Source of the DNA: Candidatus Multivoradales bacterium
GTDB lineage: Bacteria; Acidobacteriota; Thermoanaerobaculia; Multivoradales; JAHEKO01
Length of the DNA stretch: 64,000 nucleotides
Direction of reading: 5' to 3'
NCBI GenBank assembly: GCA_965248055.1
Contig: CBDFIJ010000004.1
Coordinates: 736,001-800,000, forward strand
In this document: in pieces, positions 9,926 to 20,471 of the stretch
Layout: each line of letters begins with the position of its first letter
Numbering within the stretch: position 1 is the first letter of the stretch
Notes under the pieces: generated by a model
What the model was told of the DNA's origin: nothing
Database searches by the model: none
The model's input: the letters and a program-made list of their open reading frames with translations, nothing else
Made by a program: the position numbers and the translations under genes

Positions 9926-11468
9926 CAGTTCTCGAACCGTTGCCAAACCCGACTCAAAGCGTCAACCAGATCGCCGGCGATCAACCTGCCTCAGAACGAA
10001 GATCGGCAGCCTCGGCACCTGCCACCGCGTGCACCCAAACCGCGACCCGAGCGGCATCCAAGGCCGATAATCCCTGAGCTAGCAGAGAACCGACGATCCC
10101 GGTCAGGACATCGCCACTTCCAGCGGTTGCCATCCCCGAGTTACCGGCGCGCACGATTTGCAGACTCGACCCGGGAGCTCCGATCACCGTGCCAGCCCCT
10201 TTCAACACCACAACCTGACCACAAAGCTGTACCGCCTCTCGAGTACAGTCGAGAGGATCGACCAGCACCTGCTCCAGATCACAGTCCAAGAGTCGGGCAA
10301 GCTCGCCCGGATGCGGGGTCAATACGGTCGCCCCTTGGCGATCGCTGAGCTCCTGCAAACGTCCAGCAAAAGCATTCAGGCCATCGGCATCCAATACCAA
10401 CGGCAACTCGCTACCCAGGACCAGCTGTCGCGCCACTTCTCGGGCAACCCCAGCGGCTCCCAAGCCCGGACCTAGGGCCAACGCCTCAAACGTCTCGATT
10501 CGCTCCAAGATCTCGTCGATCGCATCAATGGCGAAGTTCTCCGAACAATCACAGGCCAAACTCAGCGTCGTCGCTTCCGGCACCATGATGTCGATGCGAT
10601 CCGCCAGCGGTCCCGGCGCCGCCACCGTCACCATGCCGACGCCAGAACGCAACCCAGCTCGGGCGGTCAGGCTCGGAGCGCCACTCATACCCCGACTGCC
10701 GCCAACCACCATGAGATGACCAAAGGTCCCCTTGTGAGCCCCTGGCGATCGAGTGGGGACAAGGTCGACAATCTGATCCTCGGTGAGGCGCTCTACTGTT
10801 GGCACGCCCAAAACCTCCGTCGGGTCGACACCGATCTCGGCTGGGGTGACCGCTCCACAAGATTCGGCATTGGGCGACAACAAGCAAGCCGGCTTCTCCG
10901 CGACAAAAGTAATCGTTGCGTCGGCAAGGACTTGAGGTGCGGGAGAAATCGCCCGATCGGCACGGGTACCACTGGGTAAATCGATAGCCAGCACGCCACG
11001 GATCCTCCCCTCCACTTGGTTGCCCGCAATCTCTGCCACCCAAGTGCTCCAAGGCGGTTGCAACGGCCGACTTAGACCGGTGCCAAACATCGCGTCCACC
11101 ACCCAAGTTTTCTCGTCCGTTGCTATCCAAGAAGACAGTTCCAATTCCGGGCTGATGCGTGGCGTGAGCCCGTGCTCCAAGCAGCGTTGATACTGAGTCT
11201 TGGCGTCCCCGCTCCCGGGAGCTTGCCCAAGAGCCACTACCAGTTCGCGCCCAGCGACATGCAAGCGCCGCGCAATACCCAAGCCATCGCCCCCGTTGTT
11301 TCCCGGCCCGCAGAGAATCAGCAACGGCCCTGAGGGCGCCACTTGCTGAACCCACTCGCTGGCAACACCGCAGGCGTTTTCCATCAGCACTAGTCCGCTA
11401 ACCCCGAGCGCTTGCACTTCCGAGTCGTAGCGACGAGCCTCTTCTATTGTGATCACTCGCATCGCCAT
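9925..11468 (-). CDS. nnr: Bifunctional NAD(P)H-hydrate epimerase/dehydratase (apparent 1-nt frameshift near 9983)
   Basis: LMENA, GPGNNGGDG, HKGTFG, TPHPGE, MATAGSGDVL; adding one base restores GLIAGDLVDALSRVWQRFEN*, whose stop overlaps the tsaE ATG. Confidence 0.93.
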
Positions 11469-11469
11469 C

Positions 11470-12204
11470 TCAAGCCATGGTCTGTGACCGTGCGGCTCCA
11501 CGCGGAACGAGTCGCCCCATCGCTTCCAGAGCCGCTCTAGTCGCCGGACATCGTTGCAGATCGTCTTTCAGGCGGAAAACCAAACGCTGCAAATCTCCCG
11601 GCGTATCGACATCCGAGAGTTTCTCGATCAATCGAGTGTCGAGTCGACGGTGCTGTGCCGATGCCACCACCGTGCTCAGCACGCTTTCTTCGCTCCAGCG
11701 GACACCCTCCAACAAACCATCGACTATCGTCTCTCGGCGCGTCGCGATCAAATAGAACCCTCCGTCGGTGGCCGGGCCTAAGACCAAATCTGCGCCGTTT
11801 TTCAGTTGGTCGAACGCCAGCCCGATCTGCCGGCGTTCGAGTTCTGGATGGTCGCTGCCGACGATCGCGACCCGCTGCCAATGCCGCTGACCGGCACACA
11901 GCGCGTTCTCCAACCGCTTGCCAAGATCCTCGCCCGATTGGGTCAACGAGGGTAGTTTCAAATCAGGATCCCCGCCACCGCCCGGGTCCCAACCGATCAA
12001 CGTCCGCCATTGCGCGCTGGCAGTTTCGGACAAAACATCCGATCTCATCGCGGCGTGCAGAGTTTGGCGCTCATTCAGCGTAAGAGCGGCAGCTAGGCGC
12101 GTCTTAACCTGCTTAACGGTTGCCGGTTTGGTAAATAAGATCAGACCCTGCTCACAAGCGTCTTGTTGGCTACTTTGTGGGAGGCTGTTCACATCTCGGC
12201 CCAT
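11470..12204 (-). CDS. DUF2064/TIGR04282-like glycosyltransferase-fold protein
   Basis: VKTRL, QSGEDLGKRL, GSDHP, LGPATDGGFYL, DVDTPGDL. Confidence 0.85.
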   Translation of the reverse strand: MGRDVNSLPQSSQQDACEQGLILFTKPATVKQVKTRLAAALTLNERQTLHAAMRSDVLSETASAQWRTLIGWDPGGGGDPDLKLPSLTQSGEDLGKRLENALCAGQRHWQRVAIVGSDHPELERRQIGLAFDQLKNGADLVLGPATDGGFYLIATRRETIVDGLLEGVRWSEESVLSTVVASAQHRRLDTRLIEKLSDVDTPGDLQRLVFRLKDDLQRCPATRAALEAMGRLVPRGAARSQTMA

Positions 12205-12319
12205 GATCAAATATTACCGTGCTGGAGGTGGTAGCTGGGCTGGCAACAAGACTGCTGGCTTGCCTGGTATCTTGATGCCATCGTCAAAACGGCCTGAGCC
12301 CAGGACCGATCACGAAACC

Positions 12320-13131
12320 GTGACGCACCCGATCATCACTCTTACTACCGACTTCGGCACCGACAATGAGTACGTGGCGGCGATCAAAGGTGTATTACTT
12401 TCTCGCCTGGCCTCCGTGCAGATCATCGATATCTCACACCGGGTCTCGCCAGGAAACGTACAGCAGGCAAGCTATTTGCTCGCCGGGGCGGTGCCTTACT
12501 ATCCTGGCCACACGGTCCACACCGTAGTGGTCGACCCGGGGGTCGGAAGCGAACGACAGATCCTGGCGCTGGAGCACTCCCAGGGTCGGTTTCTGGGCCC
12601 CGACAACGGAGTGCTAACCCCCTACCTTGGCGGCCTGACCGTGATCGCCGTCAACCGGCCCGACCTCTATCTGGATCACGCCAGAGCCACTTTTCATGGA
12701 CGCGACCGTTTCGCCCGCTGGCAGCCGCCATCGCTCAAGGCTTAGAAGTGGACTCCCTCGGTGCGCCAGCGAGGCAGCCGGTGACCCTAGACCCAGTCCG
12801 CCTCGCACGTTCCGACACTTGGATCGAGGGCACAGTGATGCACATCGATCGATTCGGCAATGCCACCACCAACATTCCCGATTCCTGGCTGAACACTCTG
12901 CCTAGCAAGATCTGCACTTGGGTAGACGATCGCCCGATCTGTCGTCGAGTGGACCACTACCAGGAACTCCCGGACGGGCGACCGGGTTTTCTGCGCGGAT
13001 CGCGGGGCACCTTGGAACTGGCACTCAACGGCGCCTCGCTGGCGGAGCGATGGCAGCTTTCGCTAGGGGCCGTAGTGCGGGTCCAAGCCGGTGGGCGACC
13101 GCAGAGCCATGAAACTCAGAAGTACGGGTAA
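12320..13131 (+). CDS. DUF62 SAM hydrolase (SAM hydroxide adenosyltransferase), split by an apparent 1-nt frameshift near 12715
   Basis: LTTDFG, VVDPGVGSER, PDNG, TFHGRD, then in the next frame IDRFGN and LELALNG. Confidence 0.88.
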
Positions 13132-13324
13132 GCCTCGGTTCAAAGCAACCTGAAGGCATCCAGCACTCGATAGTTCGAGATCAGGATCTATCGTTCAACA
13201 CCAATCTCGTAGTGCCTATCCCACGCACTGTTCTGCTGGCTCTCTGGCTCCAGCTAAACGGTTCAAATAGAATGACCTGGACCGTTGTTCGCCATACTGC
13301 TATCGACGGCAAGGAGTGTGTGTG

Positions 13325-13510
13325 ATGACTCAATGGGAGTACAAAATCATCAACATCCGTAGTGAAAACTACCGACTCGACCCGGAAGCGGCCCGCGAGT
13401 TGAATGTCTTGGGTGAAGAAGGCTGGGAACTAATCTCGATCACCTCGGTCAACTTCAAGAGCGGCGCCACCGACAACATCGCGATGGTGTTCAAGCGTCC
13501 TCGTCCCTGA
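13325..13510 (+). CDS. Small DUF4177-like protein
   Basis: WEYK..LNVLGEEGWEL..FKRP pattern; RBS AAGGAG. Confidence 0.8.
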   Translation: MTQWEYKIINIRSENYRLDPEAARELNVLGEEGWELISITSVNFKSGATDNIAMVFKRPRP

Positions 13511-13714
13511 AGCGTCCGTCAGATCACCGAGGCCGCGCGCCTTGCGAGCGGTGACAAAACCGACCGCGAGTGCCACCGCTAGCCCGGTCCAAGCCCCGGT
13601 CTTCCAGAGCACGCCAGAATCATGGTCGAGTGTTTGTCGCAAGGAGTCGAGAGCCTCTTCAAAGCGACCCCGCACCTCGACCAGAGAGTTATTCTTCGAG
13701 TCGCGGCGCCTCAT
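13430..13714 (-). CDS. Small membrane-anchored hypothetical protein (3' end uncertain)
   Basis: Coiled segment plus one TM helix, downstream of a holin-like membrane protein. Confidence 0.5.
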   Translation of the reverse strand: MRRRDSKNNSLVEVRGRFEEALDSLRQTLDHDSGVLWKTGAWTGLAVALAVGFVTARKARGLGDLTDASGTRTLEHHRDVVGGAALEVDRGDRD

Positions 13715-14093
13715 CTTTGCCCAGTTGCTTACGCATCCAACTGCGATGCTCAGTCCAACGACGCTTGACCAAGGTTTTGGGAGTCTCCACGTTCTTGAGC
13801 CGCCTACGACCGACCCAGATCAGGAGCACCGCCAGAACTGCAAACCCAACCCCCACTCCCAGGAAAGAAGCCCATCTTGGGAGGATGGAAAAAATCAGCT
13901 CCACCGCTGCGAGCATGAAGGCGCTCAACGCGACCACCAGAAACGCAAATCCAGCCGCAATAGTCAGGATCGCTCCGACACTGACCTTGGCCGAATGGCG
14001 CATCTCACTGCGCACTTCTTGCCACTCACCAGCGATCACCTGAGCGAACGAGGCACCTAGCTTGCCCACTGCGGACCACGCTCCGAGTCTCAC
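13689..14093 (-). CDS. Phage-holin-family (YqjE/DUF1469-like) two-TM membrane protein
   Basis: Amphipathic N-terminus, two TM helices, basic tail with P-x-T. Confidence 0.65.
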   Translation of the reverse strand: MRLGAWSAVGKLGASFAQVIAGEWQEVRSEMRHSAKVSVGAILTIAAGFAFLVVALSAFMLAAVELIFSILPRWASFLGVGVGFAVLAVLLIWVGRRRLKNVETPKTLVKRRWTEHRSWMRKQLGKDEAPRLEE

Positions 14094-14133
14094 CAGTCCA
14101 CTCCTTGCTCAGCTCGATGCGTTTCGGAGACGA

Positions 14134-15924
14134 TCACGGGAAACTCCGAACAATTAAGTCTTGAGCCAGGTAGCTACTCTTCGCTCCTAGCTCGTCCCGG
14201 ATGCCGACCGCGACTCGATGTGCGCCCGGTCGCATTCTCATTTCCAAGCGATAGGGATAGTCCAACTCCAGCAATCGATTGATTTCTTCGCTCGGCAACT
14301 CCACCGGGACGTCCAGATCGGCGACGTCACTCACCCCACCCTCTTCGTCGAGGGCGGAAACGTAGACCGTCAAGCGTCCTCGATGGGTATCCTCGGTGGG
14401 AATCAGAGTCATCTTGGAGACCGGAATCTGCAGCCAAACCACCACATCGAAAAGCCCATCGTCGCGCAGCCGCATTTCTTCAAAGGCCAACTTTGCGCCA
14501 AACGGGTTGTCCTGAAGCCCAAAGCGAAGAGTTGCCAAGGTTTCGTCCTCGACTCGCTCGGCCACCGTCTGTTCCCGGTAGCTCTCGCGGTGGCGGATCA
14601 CCAGTTTCTTGCGCTCAGGGATCTCCACCTTGATCCGATGCCCGCGCCCTGACACCGCACCAGCAGGTGTATACCCCAGCGAGTAATAGTTATCGAAATC
14701 TTGCCGCACCCGCGCAAGCCCAGGGCCAACGTTGTTGGTGTTGAGGATTGCAAAACCACCGGTCTGGTCCGCCAAGAAACGTAACGGCTGCTGATGATTC
14801 ATAATGTAGATGCTATCGACAAAGCCCCCCAGTCCTGCCTGCCCGCCAGTTCTGGTCTGGACGCTGGCGCCAGCGTAGGGTCGTAACCCGGCGGCGTCGA
14901 TGGTGTAAAAAGTGACTCCGTTTGCCGAAGCGTTAGCAGCCAAAGCACGGAACTCACGGGTGGCGTCGAAATCCATTGCCCGCAATTGCACCGGACTGGC
15001 ACTGTACTTCTGCTGTAGAGCGTAGAAAGCTGATTCCGCTGCCCGCATCGGTATGCCATCGCTGACGTGCAAGATCGCTCTGCGACCCCGCACTCCTGCG
15101 AGCTGACTGACAAAGTCGTTGAGTGCCCGGATACTGAAGCGCAAGTCACTGAACGTCGACTCAGCATAGGTTTGGACCGAAATCGTCGCCTGGCTTTCGC
15201 TCTGCGCTTCTTCGATATCACGCATCACCTGCCGACGATCGGAATCGGCGGTCACCGCGTGTCCGGTGTAACGCTCCAATTCCAAGAGTTTGGCGAACAG
15301 CAGATCTCGATCGGTACTAAACGGCGACTGCACATGCAGCGTCCGGTCATAGGAAACCAGCATGACAATGTCGTCGTCCCGCAACTGGGTCTGCAAAAAT
15401 TCGCGTAACTTTCGAAAGACCCGATTCCGGTTGTAGGGTCGAATATTGAAGTTGTCAACGTAAACCACCAGATTGAGGGGTAGGTCCAGTTTTTCGCCCG
15501 GTTGAGCCTCGACCGTCGGATCAGCAGCGACAATGTCAGTATTGGATTGCTTCAAGCCAGCTTCCACGGCAAAGAAATTGGTCACTTGAACTGGCCGGTT
15601 GTCTTCAAACAAACGAAAGTCGTCTCGAGTCAGACCGAGGATCCGCTTGCCGTCCTTATCGGTCACCCGCACGTCGACATTAACCACTGTGACGTCGACG
15701 CTCTCTGAAAATTGACTGGTGTCGTCAAGCTCAGATTCCCCGGTGGCTGCCTCAGTTACCTCGGATTCTTCTGCATCCAGAGGCGCGAGCACCTCCACGG
15801 AATCAGCAGCCACCACAGCCTGCGTGGAATCTTGACTAGCTTCCGAATCCTGCGACCATCCCTGCGGCGCCAACGCAGCGACCGCAAGCAAAGCGAGGAC
15901 CCCTGATCGGAGGGTTGGGGTCAT
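14134..15924 (-). CDS. Secreted VWA-domain protein, Acidobacterial type
   Basis: Signal peptide, VVNVDVRVTDKDG..GLTRDDF, TGG, YYSLGY. Confidence 0.82.
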   Translation of the reverse strand: MTPTLRSGVLALLAVAALAPQGWSQDSEASQDSTQAVVAADSVEVLAPLDAEESEVTEAATGESELDDTSQFSESVDVTVVNVDVRVTDKDGKRILGLTRDDFRLFEDNRPVQVTNFFAVEAGLKQSNTDIVAADPTVEAQPGEKLDLPLNLVVYVDNFNIRPYNRNRVFRKLREFLQTQLRDDDIVMLVSYDRTLHVQSPFSTDRDLLFAKLLELERYTGHAVTADSDRRQVMRDIEEAQSESQATISVQTYAESTFSDLRFSIRALNDFVSQLAGVRGRRAILHVSDGIPMRAAESAFYALQQKYSASPVQLRAMDFDATREFRALAANASANGVTFYTIDAAGLRPYAGASVQTRTGGQAGLGGFVDSIYIMNHQQPLRFLADQTGGFAILNTNNVGPGLARVRQDFDNYYSLGYTPAGAVSGRGHRIKVEIPERKKLVIRHRESYREQTVAERVEDETLATLRFGLQDNPFGAKLAFEEMRLRDDGLFDVVVWLQIPVSKMTLIPTEDTHRGRLTVYVSALDEEGGVSDVADLDVPVELPSEEINRLLELDYPYRLEMRMRPGAHRVAVGIRDELGAKSSYLAQDLIVRSFP

Positions 15925-16007
15925 GGGTGTTCTTCGTTTCCAAAAGACGACCAACTACAAAACCGAACGTCCGTAGCGGCCCTTCAAAAGTAGATGATTC
16001 TTAAGGT

Positions 16008-17723
16008 CTAAGGAGTGATCTCCGCAGAACCAGAAATCATCGTACCACTGGTTGGATCATAGACCGCCACCACCACTTCGTGTCGTTGGCGGCGCATTTC
16101 CAAGCTGGTTTCGTAGATGAACTTGTCTTCCTCTGTGGGAGTTCCGCGGCCCTTCAATTCAATTGGAATGACAGGGATGTCGGCCTGATTACCACCCTGG
16201 TCAATCACCGCAATACGCAACTCCAAATTAGCAGCAAGTTCATCACCTTGACCGGTCGGCAAAAAAGCTACACGGCTCATCGGAATCGACACCTCTAAAG
16301 GTACATGGACCTTGCCCCGTCCGGCGCGCTCGGGTACACCAAAATCAAGATCAAGGCGGGCCCCCGGCAACGGAACGCCAAACATCAGGGCACCTTCCAC
16401 CGCCATCGTCGTTTCCGCCTTGCGCGACAAGTCAAGATAGTCCTTGCGCATGCGCACCGACAAGCCCGGTCGCGAGACCGTCACCCGAACATCGCGTACC
16501 GTGTCATCTCCCTTCCAGGTGGGAGAAAAACCGAGCCAATAATACGAACGCGTATCGGCAAAAATTCGTTCTAGAGCTAAGCGGCGTTGAGAATTGAAGT
16601 ACGCCTCGCCACCGGTCTCACTGGCAATAAAAGCGAGAGAACTATGGACCTCACGTTCGCGCAAGAACGAAGATCTCTGCCCGCGAGCCGCTACGAAAGA
16701 CGACCGCTGACTTGCATCGGGTAAACTCTGCGAGAGCCCCTCAACATCGACCGGATAGATGGTATAGCCGAGTCGATTGGCGGTATCCGTCAAGTCACGG
16801 AACAGATCTCCCGGCGATCCGGAACGCCCCCAGTCGTAGACCAAACGATTGCTGTCGGCGACCGCAAACTGGCCAGGCAAAAACGGCCAACCGCCCATCA
16901 ACAACACCATAACCTTGCGGCCGGGTGGAGTTGCAAAGCTTCTCAAGGTAGATGCGGCGGCCCTAACCGAGCGTTCAACATGTCCTGCTAGCAGAGACGC
17001 ATAGAAGCGCTCCTCGGGGGTCATATCGGAGAGAAAACCGGAAAGCCCAAACACCCCTCGATTGCTGCCTCCACCAACACCAATCGACTCTGCATTCAGC
17101 TCGAATCCGCCCTCTCGGAAGCGCTGGCTCTCCAAGAGGAAACCATCAAAATCAAATCGTTTCTTCTCTGCCAACCGCTGCAGCCCCATCGCTTGAAGCT
17201 CCTTGGCCTGCCCCAAGGCGGCTTGAATCTCCGTTTGAGATTGACTCCACGAAGAGATCATTTCCGGTGTTCGTCCGTTCCAAGAAACCACCGCGACCCG
17301 GTCCTCGGGAGCGAGCAAGCCAAGGTCCTCGGCAAGAGCGTCAATCACCGTATCCCGATCCCGCGGCAGAGTGAAGAAACTGTCGACAAAAACCAGATAA
17401 CTGGTGCCAACTGGATGCCCCGGGGCCACGCCTGGAACTGAAGATCCTGAATCCTCTTTGTCGATCGCGATGCCAGCTCGGACCTCATTAAAAAATTCGA
17501 TCGGATACTGCTCGCCGTCGATCTCTAGGCGAAAATCCTCCACGGGTAAGTCCGGTACTCGGTTGCCGTCTTCATCGATCACCACCACTTCCAGATTCAC
17601 CACCCGGACATCAATCACATCGCCAAACACCCCGGGAAGGCTGTCCTGGGCGGCGAGCGGCGCCAGGCTCAGTGCTATTGCTGTCGTTAGTGCGAGGGAA
17701 CTCTTGAGAGGTTGTAAACGCAT
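16008..17723 (-). CDS. Secreted VWA-domain protein, Acidobacterial type (paralog)
   Basis: Signal peptide, VVNLEVVVIDEDG..DLPVEDF, GRK, ETGG, YYWLGF. Confidence 0.82.
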   Translation of the reverse strand: MRLQPLKSSLALTTAIALSLAPLAAQDSLPGVFGDVIDVRVVNLEVVVIDEDGNRVPDLPVEDFRLEIDGEQYPIEFFNEVRAGIAIDKEDSGSSVPGVAPGHPVGTSYLVFVDSFFTLPRDRDTVIDALAEDLGLLAPEDRVAVVSWNGRTPEMISSWSQSQTEIQAALGQAKELQAMGLQRLAEKKRFDFDGFLLESQRFREGGFELNAESIGVGGGSNRGVFGLSGFLSDMTPEERFYASLLAGHVERSVRAAASTLRSFATPPGRKVMVLLMGGWPFLPGQFAVADSNRLVYDWGRSGSPGDLFRDLTDTANRLGYTIYPVDVEGLSQSLPDASQRSSFVAARGQRSSFLREREVHSSLAFIASETGGEAYFNSQRRLALERIFADTRSYYWLGFSPTWKGDDTVRDVRVTVSRPGLSVRMRKDYLDLSRKAETTMAVEGALMFGVPLPGARLDLDFGVPERAGRGKVHVPLEVSIPMSRVAFLPTGQGDELAANLELRIAVIDQGGNQADIPVIPIELKGRGTPTEEDKFIYETSLEMRRQRHEVVVAVYDPTSGTMISGSAEITP

Positions 17724-17799
17724 GGTTTTCTTCTCCGTCACCTGTTGGTGGTCATTTGCGTGTCTCACCCTGAGCCTACATAGCAAGGTGCGTACCGGA

Positions 17800-18786
17800 T
17801 TAGCGATCGAGTTTGCCAGCCACCTGTTGCGCGATACGCACCGCGTGTTCTCTGGAGTTTTCGATGAAGATTCGATTGGTATCCAATCCTGCCCGCAAAG
17901 AACCAGCAATGTACAAGCCTGGAACATTGCTTTCACAAGTCCCTGAATCAACCGTTGGAACCAGGGTCTCCTCGTCGATTATTACCCCAACGTCAGAAAA
18001 AAGGTCCATCTTTGGCTGATATCCGACCAGTACGTAGGCAGCATCCGCTTTCAGATCTCGAACCCCATTCGGAGTCTCGAGTTGCACCCAACCACCGTCC
18101 TCAAACGAACACACCCTACTTTGGTAAAGAGCGGTCACGGAACCTTCTTCGACGCGATTATCGAAGTCGGGTTTCAACCAATACTTGACCGTCGGCTTAA
18201 TCGAAGGACCGCGATGAACCAGCGTCACTTCTGCACCCGCGCGCCACAGATCGAGCGCGGTTTCCGCAGCTGAATTCCCTCCGCCGACCACCAAGACCCG
18301 CTCGCCGAAATGACGATAGGGCTCCAAGTAACGGCTGTGGACCCAAGGAAGGTCTTCTCCCGGCACCCCAAGGCTACGCGGAAACTCGAAATAGCCCATC
18401 GCCACCGCGACGTAGGGGGCGTTGAACACCTCCTCCCCTGCATCGGTGGTCGCCCGAACACGAAACTGGTGCTCGTCTACCTTTTCAATCGAGGTAACCC
18501 GACGGTGGCTGGCGATCGGCAGTTGATATTGACGGATTACCGAGTGGTAGTAGGTGACGGCCTGCCGCCGATCGGGTTTGGCTTCGGGGATCGAGAACGG
18601 CACCCCGGCAATCTCCAAGAGATCAGTAGTGGTGAAAAACTGCATATTGGTGGGAAACGCCAAGACACTGGCTAGCGCTGGACCACTATCGATCAGCAGC
18701 GGCGACACTCCACGGCGTCGCGCCTCTGCGCCAATCGCAATCCCCGTGGGGCCCGCGCCGATCACCAGAAGTTCCGGACTAGTCAT
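17800..18786 (-). CDS. ypdA: YpdA-family flavin oxidoreductase (putative bacillithiol disulfide reductase)
   Basis: GAGPTG, FPTNMQFFT, GGGNSA, IKPTVKYW, IFIENSREH; no CxxC. Confidence 0.82.
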   Translation of the reverse strand: MTSPELLVIGAGPTGIAIGAEARRRGVSPLLIDSGPALASVLAFPTNMQFFTTTDLLEIAGVPFSIPEAKPDRRQAVTYYHSVIRQYQLPIASHRRVTSIEKVDEHQFRVRATTDAGEEVFNAPYVAVAMGYFEFPRSLGVPGEDLPWVHSRYLEPYRHFGERVLVVGGGNSAAETALDLWRAGAEVTLVHRGPSIKPTVKYWLKPDFDNRVEEGSVTALYQSRVCSFEDGGWVQLETPNGVRDLKADAAYVLVGYQPKMDLFSDVGVIIDEETLVPTVDSGTCESNVPGLYIAGSLRAGLDTNRIFIENSREHAVRIAQQVAGKLDR

Positions 18787-18827
18787 AGGTTTCTTACCTA
18801 CAAGCACAGATTTTGGATCCCAGTCAT

Positions 18828-19616
18828 TCACCACAGCCTCGCTCCTCCAGATCCGATCGACCTAACTTCAGAAAGTCGCCCTGCAAGCCAGTCTCCGCTG
18901 CCGCGGATCGAGTCCAAGGGTGAACTTCCTCGGGCTAGCTGCGCGGCAATCGCTGAACCCATCGCACAGCCGGTTCCGCGCACCCAGCCAGCCTTCACTC
19001 GCGGACGCTCAATGGGCAACGCGTCAGCGCCGTCGGAGGCCCAATCGACGACCACCTCATCGGTCGACGAATCACCCCCGGTAACCACGCACCAACCGGA
19101 CTCCGGCGCCAAAGTTACCGCCAACTGTGCAGCGGAGGTGTCGCTCCCGGCAAGCGCCTTCGCCTCGCCGTAGTTCGGAGTCGAGATCGAGGCTATCGCC
19201 AACAGACGCCGCAGCCCATCCCAATCGGCTTCGGGAACCAACAAGGTGCCATCGCCACTCCACAATACGGGATCGACCACCAGGTCGACGTCTGCCACCG
19301 CAGCCATTTCGAGAATCAAGTTCGCGATCTCCAGGTTAGGAACGACACCGACCTTCCAGACTGCAAAAGGAATATCCTCGGTCACCATCTGCAACTGCTG
19401 TAGGACATCTCGACGGTCTAGGGCGACGACTCGATGTACTTGCAGCGAGTCTTGGATCACGATCGAAGTGATCACCCCGGAAGCTGGGACATCCCACTCG
19501 CGGGCGGTCAACAGATCTCGGGCAACCCCCGCTGAACCGGTGGGATCCCATCCCCCTATGGCAAGAACGCCGCCATCCAGGGCATCGCTAGAGTTAGGAA
19601 CGATCTGGTTGATCAA
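18828..19616 (-). CDS. thiD: Hydroxymethylpyrimidine/phosphomethylpyrimidine kinase
   Basis: GWDPTGSAG, VDPV, TPN, RGTGC. Confidence 0.85.
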   Translation of the reverse strand: MINQIVPNSSDALDGGVLAIGGWDPTGSAGVARDLLTAREWDVPASGVITSIVIQDSLQVHRVVALDRRDVLQQLQMVTEDIPFAVWKVGVVPNLEIANLILEMAAVADVDLVVDPVLWSGDGTLLVPEADWDGLRRLLAIASISTPNYGEAKALAGSDTSAAQLAVTLAPESGWCVVTGGDSSTDEVVVDWASDGADALPIERPRVKAGWVRGTGCAMGSAIAAQLARGSSPLDSIRGSGDWLAGRLSEVRSIGSGGARLW

Positions 19617-20397
19617 TAGAATTCGATGCCATCTGCTTCCACAAGAACAGCAAGAAAACGATCACAATCAAGCTGATGATCTGGGCCAAGGTCAGTCCGC
19701 CAAAAAAGCGATCGTCTTTGGCACGCAGAAACTCCACCAAGAAACGCTCGATCGCGAGCAACAAGAAAACCGCGATGGCGGTCAAACCCGGGCGCCATGA
19801 GACAAACTTTCGGCGGCCCCAAAACCAAATCGCTCCAGCGCTCAGGGTTTCGTACAACTGCGTCGGGTGAACCCGAATTAGATCAGACGCAGCCCCTTCA
19901 ATCGGCAGGTTAAATGCCTGCCTCAATGCTCCGGCGGTAGTCGGAGGTAGACCCACCGGAAAAGAAACGCCCCAGGGCAGCGAAGTGGGTACACCGTAGT
20001 CATCGCCGACCAGAAAGCAGCCGATGCGACCCACCGCATAGCCCAGAGCTAGACCAAGCGCCGCGCTATCTGCAACGTGAGCGGTACCCAGCTTGCGGCG
20101 TCGGGCGGTAAGCCACACTGCCAACGCTCCGAGCAGAAAGCCTCCGTACCAAACCAAGCCGGCTCTACTGAGCAGCAGCGCCGGGTCTCCGTAAAGGATC
20201 GCGTAGTAGATCTTGGCGCCCAGAATACCGCCAACTCCGGCGGCCAAGAGCAACGCACTGGCGTCCTCTTCGTTCCCCTGTCCGCGCGACTTCAAGCCCC
20301 TACTGAGCTGCCAATATGCCGCCAAGAAAGCCAGCATCATCATGATGCCGAAGGGGCTGATACTCAGTCGGCCGATGTGGAATAGTTCTTCAATCAC
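19594..20397 (-). CDS. lgt: Prolipoprotein diacylglyceryl transferase
   Basis: GLVWYGG, GRIGCFL, HPTQLYE, RFLVEFLR. Confidence 0.93.
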   Translation of the reverse strand: MIEELFHIGRLSISPFGIMMMLAFLAAYWQLSRGLKSRGQGNEEDASALLLAAGVGGILGAKIYYAILYGDPALLLSRAGLVWYGGFLLGALAVWLTARRRKLGTAHVADSAALGLALGYAVGRIGCFLVGDDYGVPTSLPWGVSFPVGLPPTTAGALRQAFNLPIEGAASDLIRVHPTQLYETLSAGAIWFWGRRKFVSWRPGLTAIAVFLLLAIERFLVEFLRAKDDRFFGGLTLAQIISLIVIVFLLFLWKQMASNSIDQPDRS

Positions 20398-20471
20398 CTA
20401 GATCTCCTTGTCGCGGCGATGGTACCAATCTCGGCGTTCGATGACACGGTCGAATCCCGTACAATTCATCG

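Noticed and set aside
12320-13131. Fluorinase/chlorinase
   Set aside because: Has the Asp-Arg-His signature of DUF62 SAM hydrolases, and no halometabolite cluster is nearby
13430-13510. 81-bp convergent overlap of two small genes as antisense regulation
   Set aside because: The tail of the minus-strand ORF looks non-coding and could result from another single-base error
13689-14093. Holin as evidence of a prophage
   Set aside because: This family is a common chromosomal membrane protein; no endolysin or phage genes adjacent
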